A stretch of DNA of 52,422 nt from Candidatus Woesearchaeota archaeon (GTDB lineage Archaea > Nanobdellota > Nanobdellia > Woesearchaeales > B54-G15). Shown here piece by piece: positions 35,067-46,598 of the stretch. Under the pieces are notes generated by a model, which was not told where the DNA came from, did no database searches, and worked only from the letters and a program-made list of their open reading frames with translations. The stretch is from contig QMQQ01000001.1 of assembly GCA_003648985.1 (NCBI GenBank), positions 1 through 52,422 on the forward strand. Direction: 5' to 3'. Made by a program: the position numbers and the translations under genes. Within the stretch, counting starts at the first letter, position 1, and every line of letters starts with the position of its first letter.

Positions 35067-35486
35067 ATGCCGGTTGTGGGATTTAATTTTACAAAACTAT
35101 CTGCTGAAAGAGGAAGAATAACAAGAGGAAAGATAAGCATTAATAATAACATCGGAATAGTAGATGTAAAAGAAGCTACTGCTTTAGCAGGTGGGAAACA
35201 AAAAGGAGTGGTTTTTGTTGTTTCTTTTGAAACTGAGTATAAGCCTGATATTGGAAAGATTGGCTTGGAAGGAGAAGCATTGTTCATTGGTAAAGCAGAA
35301 AAGGTTGATGAGATAATGAACGAATGGAAAAAGAATAAAAAGATTCCCAGTGATATTGCTAAAGGTGTGATTGTTCTGTCTTTAAACAAGTGCAATGTAG
35401 AGGCTCTTTTATTAAGCAAAGAGCTGGGACTTCCTGCGCCGATACCTCTGCCAAGGATAGATGTGAAAGAGGTAAAGAAGAAATAG
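35067..35486 (+). CDS. Hypothetical protein (139 aa)
   Basis: Well-formed ORF with a soluble beta-rich N-terminal half. No family confidently recognised. Confidence 0.5.
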   Translation: MPVVGFNFTKLSAERGRITRGKISINNNIGIVDVKEATALAGGKQKGVVFVVSFETEYKPDIGKIGLEGEALFIGKAEKVDEIMNEWKKNKKIPSDIAKGVIVLSLNKCNVEALLLSKELGLPAPIPLPRIDVKEVKKK

Positions 35487-35534
35487 TGAGGACGAAAGAT
35501 TTTTAAACCCTCTTTAGTCTTATTTCTGAGCTAG

Positions 35535-38039
<2,505 letters not shown>

Positions 38040-38118
38040 CTGTTAATTATTTGGGATAGCTTCACTTCTGTTGGGGTATACAAAATTTAATAAACATCAT
38101 TTATTTTCTCAATTTTAA

Positions 38119-39414
38119 ATGTCAAGGAAGAAAGTCGAGGCTGGTGATGAAGTAGAGATTATATTAAAAGATGGAACTCGATACAAGGGTATTTTAATGC
38201 CCAGACCTGCTTTATACAAAGACGATCATGTTGTTCTAAAACTTCCGAATGGGTATAACATTGGAATAGAGAAGAAGAAGGTTAAAGAAATAAAACTCGT
38301 CAAAAAATACGAAGAGAAAAAAGCAAAAAAAGAAAAAACAAAGAAGAATCCTTCTTTGCCAAACGTTCTGTTGATTAGCTGCGGTGGAACAATAAGCAGC
38401 AGGGTTGATTACAGAACAGGGGGCGTTTATGCTGATTATACAGCTGAGGATTTTGTTGCAATGTGTCCTGAATTAGCTGAAATAGCCAACATAGACGCAA
38501 AGCAATTAATGCAAATCATGAGTGAAGATATGAATCATGAAGAATGGATTAAAATTGCTGAAGCTGTTTTTGATGCATTGCAGCGTTATGATGGCGTTGT
38601 TGTTACTCAGGGAACTGACACATTGCATTACACAACTGCTGCCCTTTCCTTTTTCCTCAGGAACATTGGAAAGCCCGTCATTGTTACTGGTGCCCAAAGA
38701 AGTATTGACAGGCCAAGCAGTGATGCTTTTATGAATTTGATTTGTTCTGTTATTGCTGCGAAAAGCGACCTCGCAGGAGTTTATTGCTGCATGCATGGAA
38801 CAATAAACGATGATTTTTGTTATTTGCTTAGAGGAACAAAGGTTAGAAAGATGCACACAAGCAGAAGAGACGCCTTCAGACCCATCAATGATTTGCCAAT
38901 GGCAAAAATTTTTCCTAGCGGTAAATTAGAGCTCATCCAAAGTTGTCCAAAGAGAACAAATAACATTGGAAAGCTGGAGGCTTTCTTTGAGCCAAAAGTT
39001 GCACTGGTTTATGTTTATCCTGGGATGGATCCTGAAATCATTTCATTTTACAGAAAAAAGAAATTCAAAGGACTTGTACTCGCTGCAACTGCGTTAGGAC
39101 ATGTTCCAACAAGCAAAAAAAGATATAGTCTTATTCCTGAATTAAAGAAAGCAATAGCTGATGGAATGATTGTTGTGATTGCGAGTCAAACACTTTATGG
39201 AAGGGTTCATCCTTATGTTTATACAAATTTAAGAAAACTTTCAATGGAGCTTGGTTGTGTTTTTGCAAGCGACATGTTGCCAGAAGCTGCTTATATTAAA
39301 CTCGGATGGTTGCTCGGAAAGTACAGGGATAAAGAAAAAATAAAAGAATTGATGCAGTATAACTTTGCTGGAGAAATAAATGATAGACATCTTCCAGATA
39401 TGTTTTTATTTTAA
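38119..39414 (+). CDS. gatD: Glu-tRNA(Gln) amidotransferase subunit D
   Basis: The N-terminal beta domain is followed by an asparaginase-like domain with ISCGGTISS and VVTQGTDTL. Confidence 0.92.
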   Translation: MSRKKVEAGDEVEIILKDGTRYKGILMPRPALYKDDHVVLKLPNGYNIGIEKKKVKEIKLVKKYEEKKAKKEKTKKNPSLPNVLLISCGGTISSRVDYRTGGVYADYTAEDFVAMCPELAEIANIDAKQLMQIMSEDMNHEEWIKIAEAVFDALQRYDGVVVTQGTDTLHYTTAALSFFLRNIGKPVIVTGAQRSIDRPSSDAFMNLICSVIAAKSDLAGVYCCMHGTINDDFCYLLRGTKVRKMHTSRRDAFRPINDLPMAKIFPSGKLELIQSCPKRTNNIGKLEAFFEPKVALVYVYPGMDPEIISFYRKKKFKGLVLAATALGHVPTSKKRYSLIPELKKAIADGMIVVIASQTLYGRVHPYVYTNLRKLSMELGCVFASDMLPEAAYIKLGWLLGKYRDKEKIKELMQYNFAGEINDRHLPDMFLF

Positions 39415-39421
39415 TTTTTAA

Positions 39422-39655
39422 ATGCGGTTAGTAGATTTACTTAATAAAATACGTTGGGACGAACACGAAAATGAAGAGGATTATGAAGTTTGGATTTATG
39501 ACAGGATTGCTAAAAAGGAAAAGAAGATTGCTTTCAAAATGATAGCAAACATCGGAAAGAGCTTTATTGAGCTTATTGATAGCACTGAAATTCCGCTGCA
39601 CAGGATAAGAAAAATTGTTAAGAGAGGTGAGGTTGTTTGGGAAAAGAGAAGATAG
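39422..39655 (+). CDS. DUF504/UPF0248 (MJ1316-like) small protein
   Basis: LLNKIRWDE...YEVWIYDR...IPLHRIRKIVKRGEVVWEKR matches the DUF504 pattern (kIkWD ... iP.HRI ... g.vvW.R). Confidence 0.6.
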   Translation: MRLVDLLNKIRWDEHENEEDYEVWIYDRIAKKEKKIAFKMIANIGKSFIELIDSTEIPLHRIRKIVKRGEVVWEKRR

Positions 39656-41052
39656 ATTATGCTAAGATTGGCTTTAAATGCGGTCTGGAAATACATCAAC
39701 AGCTTGAAGGAAAAAAACTCTTTTGCCAATGCAGTACTGCCAATGTTCAACTAAAACCAGATATTTTTGCTGAAAGAAAACTAAGAGCTGTTGTTGGTGA
39801 AACAGGAATTGTTGATAAGGCAGCTGCTTTTGAAGCTGCAAAGGGAAAACTGTTTTTGTATAAGGCACATAGTTCTGATTGCTGCTTAGTTGAGCTAGAT
39901 GAAGAGCCACCGCATCCAATAAATCCTGATGCTGTAAAGGTTGCTGTTACAGTAGCTAAACTTCTCAATGCAAAGCTCGTTGACGAGATTCAGGTGATGA
40001 GAAAGACAGTGATAGATGGAAGTAATGTTACAGGATTTCAAAGAACAGCACTCGTTGCGCTTAATGGCTGGATTGAAACAAGCAGGGGAAAGGTTAGCAT
40101 TCCTACAATTTGCCTTGAGGAAGAAGCTGCTCAGAAAATCGAAGAAAGCGAAAAAACAACTACATACAAGCTTGATAGGCTTGGAATTCCATTGATAGAA
40201 ATAGCAACAGGCCCTGAAATCAAAGATCCGGAACATGCAAAAGAGGTTGCTGAAAAGCTCGGCTTGATTCTGAGAAGTGTAAAAGGCGTTAAAAGAGGCA
40301 TAGGAACTATAAGACAGGATGTAAATCTTTCGATAAAAGGTAGGGCGAGGGTTGAGATAAAGGGATTTCAGGATTTAGAAAGTATTCCAAAAATCATTGA
40401 ATATGAGGTTAGGAGATTGCTTTCGTTGAAGGAAAGAAACGAACCAGAAGTAAGAAAGGCAAATCCTGATGGAACAACTTCCTTTTTAAGGCCGATGCCA
40501 GGTGCAGCAAGGCTTTATCCTGAAACTGATATTCCTCCATTCAAGATTGATTTTGAGGTTGAGCTGCCTGAATTGATAGAAGAGAAAATAAAGAGGTATG
40601 AAAAACTCGGATTAGATAGAGATTTGGCAAAAGCTATTGCTAAGTCTAAAAAGAGTAAATTATTTGATGCTGCTTTAGAAAAGACAAAGTTAAAACCGGG
40701 CTTTGTTGCTGAAGTTATATTTTCCAAACCAAAAGAATTGCAGAGGGAAGATGTTGCAGTTGAAAAAATAAGCGAAGAAGTATTTTTGAAATTGCTTGGA
40801 TATTTAGCTGAAGAAAAAATAGCGAAGGAAAGCGTTGAGCTTGTGCTGAAGGATGCTGCACAAGAAAAGCTTGACTTCAAGAAATACTTTGTTCTGAGCG
40901 ATGCTGAGTTAAAAAAAGAATTGAAAAGGATTGTAGATGCAAATCCAGGACTGCCTTTCAAAGCGTTAATAGGAAAAGCAATGCAGAAGTTAAGGGGAAA
41001 AGCGAGCGGAAGAAAAATAGCCGAGTTCCTAAAAGAACTTCTTAAAAGATAA
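39637..41052 (+). CDS. gatE: Glu-tRNA(Gln) amidotransferase subunit E (short form, 471 aa)
   Basis: A TTG start follows a GAGAGGTGAGG RBS. Motifs: YAKIGFKCGLEIHQQL, VIDGSNVTGFQRTALVA, LDRLGIPLIEIATGPE, RGIGTIRQDVNLSI. Confidence 0.88.
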   Translation: MGKEKIDYAKIGFKCGLEIHQQLEGKKLFCQCSTANVQLKPDIFAERKLRAVVGETGIVDKAAAFEAAKGKLFLYKAHSSDCCLVELDEEPPHPINPDAVKVAVTVAKLLNAKLVDEIQVMRKTVIDGSNVTGFQRTALVALNGWIETSRGKVSIPTICLEEEAAQKIEESEKTTTYKLDRLGIPLIEIATGPEIKDPEHAKEVAEKLGLILRSVKGVKRGIGTIRQDVNLSIKGRARVEIKGFQDLESIPKIIEYEVRRLLSLKERNEPEVRKANPDGTTSFLRPMPGAARLYPETDIPPFKIDFEVELPELIEEKIKRYEKLGLDRDLAKAIAKSKKSKLFDAALEKTKLKPGFVAEVIFSKPKELQREDVAVEKISEEVFLKLLGYLAEEKIAKESVELVLKDAAQEKLDFKKYFVLSDAELKKELKRIVDANPGLPFKALIGKAMQKLRGKASGRKIAEFLKELLKR

Positions 41053-41127
41053 CGAGCCCGCGGGGATTTGAACCCCGGATCCCCGGCTTAGGAGGCCGGT
41101 GCCTTATCCAGACTAGGCTACGGGCTC
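41053..41127 (-). tRNA. tRNA-Arg(CCU)
   Basis: The reverse complement reads GAGCCCG-TA-GCCT..AGGC-A-CCGGC-CTCCTAA-GCCGG-GGATC-CGGGG-TTCAAAT-CCCCG-CGGGCTC-G. Confidence 0.9.
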
Positions 41128-41181
41128 AAAGCTTTTGCTTAAAGAAAAAGTTTTTAATCGATTTAAATTATTTTCTTTTAT

Positions 41182-41267
41182 GCCGCGGTCGCATAACCTG
41201 GTATTGCGCCAGCCTGGAGAGCTGGTGTCCCTTTGGGGACGTGTGGGTTCGAATCCCACCCGCGGCG
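41182..41267 (+). tRNA. tRNA-Ser(GGA), long variable arm
   Basis: GCCGCGG...CCAGC-CTGGAGA-GCTGG, variable arm TGTCCCTTTGGGGACG, then GTGGG-TTCGAAT-CCCAC-CCGCGGC-G. Confidence 0.9.
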
Positions 41268-41273
41268 TTTCTT

Positions 41274-44072
41274 TTACCTTACTTCTATGCCGCCTAAACG
41301 TTTAAACATGCTTAAGCCAAATCTGAGTTTTTCTTTGCTATGCGCATAGAGTGTAAAGATTGGTTCGTCCTTTAAAACAGATTCGCCCTCATGTTTGTAA
41401 AGAAACATGCCTGCATCTTTGTCTTTTGGTGCGCCTGCTGCTCTTGCCATTTTTCTGACAGAGATGCAATCGATATTTGCTATATGGCCTGTCCTTGGTG
41501 CTCTATATGTATATTTAAATGGACCTGGAACAAGATCCTCTGGTTTTATGTTCGGGTCACCTCCTTGAGCTTCTATGATTTCTTTCATTTTTTTATATGC
41601 CTCACCCGATTTAAGGATATTAATTACTTTCTGATGGGCTTTTTTTTCACCGACCATTTCAAGAAGCAAAGTAGCCATTTTAACTGCTTTTCGTTCCAGA
41701 TCGCGAGGTCTTCTTGGATCACGCATTAAAGTCCAGAGTATTGTCTTTGCTTCTAAGATTGGACCTATTCCATTGCCAATCGGTTCTTTTCCATCACTGA
41801 GCATTACTCTTATGTTCATACCTAAATTTTTTCCAACAAGTTTAAACTTTTTTTCCAGGCTTAGAGCTCTTGTTCTGGTTTTAATCTTTGTTTCTTTTCC
41901 TAACGGGATGTCTATCAAGACATGCGTAGCTCCGACAGCAGCTTTTTTAGCAAGTATTGAAGCTAAAAGCATTCCTTCTGGGTCAAGAGCTAAAGGATCG
42001 CGCAATTTAATCAATTTATCATCAGCTGAAGCAAGTTCCATTGCTCCGCCCCAGACTATGCAACCATTTGTTTTTAATACAATTTTTTTCATTTGTTCAA
42101 GCGTTAAAGCCACTGGTGCAAGAACTTCCATTGTGTCAGCGGTTCCTGCTGGACTAGTTATGCTCCTGCTGCTCGTTTTTGGTATGGTATAACCAGCAGC
42201 AGCGATTATTGGAACAATGAGCATTGATGTCCTATTTCCAGGGACGCCGCCACTACAATTATGAACGCATATTGGTGCAGATCCAACCATAAACTTGTTG
42301 AATCCATCAATTTTGAAATCATAAACATATTTTGAGTCTGATTTTATTTTTTTGATATTTTTTACTTCAAGTACAGACAAATGACCTGTAAGTAATTTCT
42401 TAACATCCTCGCTTTTGATATAATTCATTACGCTAAGCAATTTCTCTTTTGTCATAAATTTTTGTCTTTTTAGACATCTCCTGAACTCCCAACCAACACT
42501 TTTTGTTTCTATCTCTCCGCATTCTTTTATTGGTATAAGATTAATATAAGCGACGTTTGATTTCTTTCTTCCGCCAAACAAGTTCCTCGCCTGGGTGTAA
42601 ATCGTATAAGCAGTAGCTGTCATATATTTTCCACTCGGGAATCTACGTTGAGACTTATTTTTAATAGAAAGTGTTGACGACATACCCAACATGGATAATA
42701 AGTATTGTAGCTCAATAGCAAGTTTTTTTGATACAGTAACATAAGCCGTTTCATATCCACGCCTTGTATGTCCGTCGCACTTGAAAAGCGTTCTAAGAAA
42801 TTCTAATTTCATTTCATCACTAACATCAAAGAGAAAAGAAGGTATGCTCTTTTCTAAAGCTTTTTTTCCAACTTTAAGAGCGTGAAGAATAGAAGACAGA
42901 TTTTGACTATATATAGTAACTCTAACAGCTGTTTTGTGTGGATAGTTAATTGTAGGTTTGATTTTGAATACCTTCTTAATACAGTATATCGCATCTTTGA
43001 TCAGATCTTTCTCATGCGAACCAAAATTTAGAAAGACTCCTTGATAATTCGCAAATCCTTCTGTGATATAGTATCCAAGAAAACGTATAAATTCTGGAGT
43101 TATTTTAATTACGTTTTTGAATTGCTTGCCTCTTTTTTTGGTCTTTACATTTAGTTCAATCTCTTTTATAGGTTTATCGTTTTTTAAACCCGAAGGGACA
43201 ATAACAAAATCGCCTTTTTTTAAAGAACATGCAGGTATGTTTTTTATCTTACCTTTTTTTAGAACAAAAATAGTATGATCGGGAGTGACTTTAATAGTTC
43301 TGTTTCCTCTTAAAGTAATGAGGTATAAATATCTAGGAGAGGGTGCCCTAAATACACCAGAAACAGGTTTGAATTCAACTTCTCCAGCTTCATTGTAAGT
43401 TAGCGCACAAAGGCCATTCAAGTTTTTTGATGTAAATTCAGCTCCGTCTTTATAAACAATATCAGCAGGATCACATTGCGCAAAAATATTGTCTATTACT
43501 TCTCCTATTGATTTAACTTTAACACTGCCGCTGTTTCTAATCATGACTGGAACATCCCATGATAAACAATGCTTATCAAGGATTGGATGTCTATTAAGCT
43601 TTAATTTTCCGCCATAATGGACTATTGCCTTTGTTAGGTTAACTGTCTCATCTAAAGTCATGCCTTTCGTATAGCATGCGCCGATAAAATATGTAAGTTC
43701 AACTTGACTAAGTTTATCTTCAACCAATTCTTTTATTATTTCAAATATTTCTTTTCGTTTAAGCGGAATTCCGTCTAACTTTTTTTTGATGGCGAAGACG
43801 CCAGAAGGTTTTGGCCTTAAATCGATATCAACAATATCGCCATCTTTCACATTCAGCTTCTTTAGAACTTCTTCAAACAAGCCTATATGCCCTTTTGGAA
43901 CTGCTTTTTCAGTTTGAGCAATATCAACTATCGCTGTTGTTTCACGTTTTCTGAATTTTATTTTTATACGGTCTTCTGAAAATAAATCAAGCCTTCGAGC
44001 ATCTTCCTCATTAAGCACAGCTATTAGTATGCCTCCAGTTGCTATGTCCATGTCTCTTACAACGAGCTTCAA
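41274..44072 (-). CDS. deoA: AMP phosphorylase (thymidine phosphorylase family, DeoA) interrupted by an intein
   Basis: The N-terminal MKLVVRDMDIATGGILIAVLNEEDA domain is typical of archaeal AMPpase. The catalytic motif ILDKH / CSGGVPGNRTS is split by 437 aa. The extein total of 495 aa is a normal length. Confidence 0.9.
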   Translation of the reverse strand: MKLVVRDMDIATGGILIAVLNEEDARRLDLFSEDRIKIKFRKRETTAIVDIAQTEKAVPKGHIGLFEEVLKKLNVKDGDIVDIDLRPKPSGVFAIKKKLDGIPLKRKEIFEIIKELVEDKLSQVELTYFIGACYTKGMTLDETVNLTKAIVHYGGKLKLNRHPILDKHCLSWDVPVMIRNSGSVKVKSIGEVIDNIFAQCDPADIVYKDGAEFTSKNLNGLCALTYNEAGEVEFKPVSGVFRAPSPRYLYLITLRGNRTIKVTPDHTIFVLKKGKIKNIPACSLKKGDFVIVPSGLKNDKPIKEIELNVKTKKRGKQFKNVIKITPEFIRFLGYYITEGFANYQGVFLNFGSHEKDLIKDAIYCIKKVFKIKPTINYPHKTAVRVTIYSQNLSSILHALKVGKKALEKSIPSFLFDVSDEMKLEFLRTLFKCDGHTRRGYETAYVTVSKKLAIELQYLLSMLGMSSTLSIKNKSQRRFPSGKYMTATAYTIYTQARNLFGGRKKSNVAYINLIPIKECGEIETKSVGWEFRRCLKRQKFMTKEKLLSVMNYIKSEDVKKLLTGHLSVLEVKNIKKIKSDSKYVYDFKIDGFNKFMVGSAPICVHNCSGGVPGNRTSMLIVPIIAAAGYTIPKTSSRSITSPAGTADTMEVLAPVALTLEQMKKIVLKTNGCIVWGGAMELASADDKLIKLRDPLALDPEGMLLASILAKKAAVGATHVLIDIPLGKETKIKTRTRALSLEKKFKLVGKNLGMNIRVMLSDGKEPIGNGIGPILEAKTILWTLMRDPRRPRDLERKAVKMATLLLEMVGEKKAHQKVINILKSGEAYKKMKEIIEAQGGDPNIKPEDLVPGPFKYTYRAPRTGHIANIDCISVRKMARAAGAPKDKDAGMFLYKHEGESVLKDEPIFTLYAHSKEKLRFGLSMFKRLGGIEVR
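42258..43568 (-). mobile_element. Intein (Hint splicing domain plus two-motif LAGLIDADG homing endonuclease), 437 aa
   Basis: It begins with Cys (CLSWDVPVMI, codon 169). Two LAGLIDADG motifs are present (FLGYYITEGFANY, EFLRTLFKCDGH). It ends ...APICVHN and is followed by the +1 Cys (CSGGVPG). Confidence 0.88.
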
Positions 44073-44073
44073 T

Positions 44074-45096
44074 TTATTTACCTCTTTTTTCTTTTCGCGT
44101 TTCTCTATACATTTTTACAAAGGTTATAATCAATGCTAGGCTTAGTGGTCCTGCGATGATTCCTATCAAACCCATTAATCTTAATCCTCCGAATAAACCG
44201 ATAACGACAAGCAAAGGATGTATCTTTGCCTTTTTTCCGACTAGTTTTGGTTTAAAGAATGTATCTATCGATGAAACTGTTATGCCACCAATCAAAATTA
44301 TGATTGCAGAAAACATATTTCCAAATATTAGCTGAAGTAAAACTGCAGGAACCCAGATTATTGTAGGGCCGATTAAAGGTATGAATGCTAGTATTCCAAT
44401 CAAGGTCGCCCATAAGATTGGAGTTGAGATTCCTGCGATTTTAAAAGCAAGCGCAGAAATGATACCTTCTATTATTGCGACAAAAAGAAATCCTTTTATT
44501 ATTGCTCTTGTGACTTCTTTTAGTTGATTGAATATCTTTTCTTCTTGCTTGGATTCCAAAGGCGTTAATCGTCTTATTTTTGCAATGATTTCTTTCCCAT
44601 CTCTTAGTAAAAAGAACGACGTGAAGAAAATTAAAATGAATTCGAGCAATCTTTGGGGTATGCTAAAAACAAGTTCATATCCTGTTTTTGTTAGATAATC
44701 TGTGATTTTTTTGAAAGTCTCAAAAATCGCTGTTTTTATTCCCGGTCTTTTTAACAGTTCACAGAAAAATCCTCTTTTGCATTCTTCAAATTCGCTATAA
44801 ATGATCTGTTTAAATCTTAAGTATCCAACAGATGCCTCTTTAGCAAGCTGGTAGACAAGCATTGTTGCTGGTACAAGGATTATTACAATAATAAGCGCTG
44901 TAACTATTGCTGCTGCTAAATTTTTATGCTTGAATTTTTTATAGAACCATTGATATAGTGGGTAGAATAAATAAGATAAAACAGCGCCTGCAATTAATGA
45001 TGTGAGAAATGATTTAATGATCAAGAAGCCGATAACTGCAAAGAGAATTAAAAGTACTGCAATAAAAAGTCTGATACCTCTTTTATTGTTTGGCAT
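44074..45096 (-). CDS. AI-2E (PerM/UPF0118) family transporter
   Basis: 340 aa with about 8 TM segments. The C-terminal pattern FIPLIGPTIIWVPAVLL...GGLRLMGLIGIIAGP is typical of the family. Confidence 0.7.
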   Translation of the reverse strand: MPNNKRGIRLFIAVLLILFAVIGFLIIKSFLTSLIAGAVLSYLFYPLYQWFYKKFKHKNLAAAIVTALIIVIILVPATMLVYQLAKEASVGYLRFKQIIYSEFEECKRGFFCELLKRPGIKTAIFETFKKITDYLTKTGYELVFSIPQRLLEFILIFFTSFFLLRDGKEIIAKIRRLTPLESKQEEKIFNQLKEVTRAIIKGFLFVAIIEGIISALAFKIAGISTPILWATLIGILAFIPLIGPTIIWVPAVLLQLIFGNMFSAIIILIGGITVSSIDTFFKPKLVGKKAKIHPLLVVIGLFGGLRLMGLIGIIAGPLSLALIITFVKMYRETRKEKRGK

Positions 45097-45135
45097 TGAG
45101 AATTGGAATTAAAGAAAGTATATAAAATTTTTTGA

Positions 45136-45208
45136 TGGGCCCGCCCGGAATCGAACCGGGGACCTTCTCCGCGTCAGGGAGACGTCATAGCCACTAGACT
45201 ACGGGCCC
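45136..45208 (-). tRNA. tRNA-Val(GAC)
   Basis: The reverse complement reads GGGCCCG-TA-GTCT..GACG-TCTCC-CTGACGC-GGAGA-AGGTC-CCCGG-TTCGATT-CCGGG-CGGGCCC-A. Confidence 0.9.
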
Positions 45209-45301
45209 ATAGCACTGCTTTACAAAAACGATTTATATATTTTTGGTTTTATGTTTTGGGTTTTGGAAATATTTAAAATTTACATCCTTTGATTATGGTG
45301 T

Positions 45302-46573
45302 ATGTTCAATTTTTTAAAGAAACTCTTTATGGGAAAGCGTTCAGGTATAGCCGTTGTTATTGGATTAAATCAGATCAATGACGAGTTAAATAAACACTAT
45401 GAAAATGTTGTAAGTAAGATAGAAAAACGGATTTCTAACCTAGAAAATCTTTTCTCAAACTATGTTGATTCTTTAGCGCAGATGGCAGAGCAGCTTAGAA
45501 ATGCTGAAATAAAATTAAAAATTGATGAAAAAACCAAATCCATTGTTATTTCTCAGAGAGAGAATTATTTGAAACATTTAAACTTATTAATTGAGCAGCT
45601 TAAATCAATTAAATTATCAAATGTCGATGAGTTCGCAAAAGGTATTTTTTTGGTTGAAACTAAGCTTAATGCTTTTTTTAAAAGCGCGGTAAGAAGTAGG
45701 GAATTAGCTAAACATTTATTTTTTGATGAGATTGAGGGTGTTGACAAAGCACTAAATTTTATACGGAGATTGATAGAAAACAGTAAGGCTGTTTTAGAAG
45801 AGAATAATGTCTTGCTTTTTTATAAGTTAAGAGAGAAATATGAAGCGTTCAAATCTGTTTCGACTAAAAGAAAAGAGGTTGCAGATTTGATTTTAGATGC
45901 AAAGAAAAAACTTGTTGAACTTGGGCGTGAAAAGGAATCACTTGAACATGAATTAGAAGCACTTAAACACGACCCAAAATTTAGTGAATTTACTCTCTTG
46001 CAAAAAGAAAATGATGAACTTGAATATACTATTGAGCGATTAAAATCAAAAACACTTGAATTGTTTTCTCCTATCCAAAGGCCATTGAGGAAATTTTCAA
46101 GGATTGTTTCAGAAAAAGAGGACATTAAGTTGATTGAGGCTTATCTAAGAGGCCCTTTTGATGCTTTGATTTCTGATGAGAAGTTGAGAATTTTAAAATT
46201 GTTAGCCGATTTAAAGCGGTGTGTTTCTATTGATCAAATTGATTTAAAAGATAAAAAGAAGGAAACTGTTTTCAATAACATAGAAAAGATTAATTTTTCT
46301 GTGCTGAATTCAATTCTTGAAGATTATAAATCAATTTGTGAAAAGAAGACGCTGGTCAAAAAGAAGTTGTACAATAATCAAATAACATTAAGAAAAAAAG
46401 AGATTCAATATCGGCTTGAATATATTGATGCAAAAATAAGGGAAGAAAAGGAAAAATTGCTGCGCGCTGAAGAGCGGAAGAAACGACTTGACGAGGAGTT
46501 TTTTCCTTTAAAAAGAGAATTTGAAAATGACTTGGGAAAATTTCTTGGCAAAGAAGTGACGATAAGTTTTTAA
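45302..46573 (+). CDS. Hypothetical coiled-coil protein (423 aa)
   Basis: Long ORF with strongly helical K/E/L composition. No family recognised. Confidence 0.5.
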   Translation: MFNFLKKLFMGKRSGIAVVIGLNQINDELNKHYENVVSKIEKRISNLENLFSNYVDSLAQMAEQLRNAEIKLKIDEKTKSIVISQRENYLKHLNLLIEQLKSIKLSNVDEFAKGIFLVETKLNAFFKSAVRSRELAKHLFFDEIEGVDKALNFIRRLIENSKAVLEENNVLLFYKLREKYEAFKSVSTKRKEVADLILDAKKKLVELGREKESLEHELEALKHDPKFSEFTLLQKENDELEYTIERLKSKTLELFSPIQRPLRKFSRIVSEKEDIKLIEAYLRGPFDALISDEKLRILKLLADLKRCVSIDQIDLKDKKKETVFNNIEKINFSVLNSILEDYKSICEKKTLVKKKLYNNQITLRKKEIQYRLEYIDAKIREEKEKLLRAEERKKRLDEEFFPLKREFENDLGKFLGKEVTISF

Positions 46574-46598
46574 AAAGAAAATCAGATATTTCTTTTAC

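Noticed and set aside
35067-35486. Possible SecB-like chaperone assignment for the 139-aa ORF
   Set aside because: The resemblance is only vague (a beta-rich N-terminal half and a ...LGLPAPIPLPRID tail). I cannot support it without a profile search, so the ORF is left as hypothetical.
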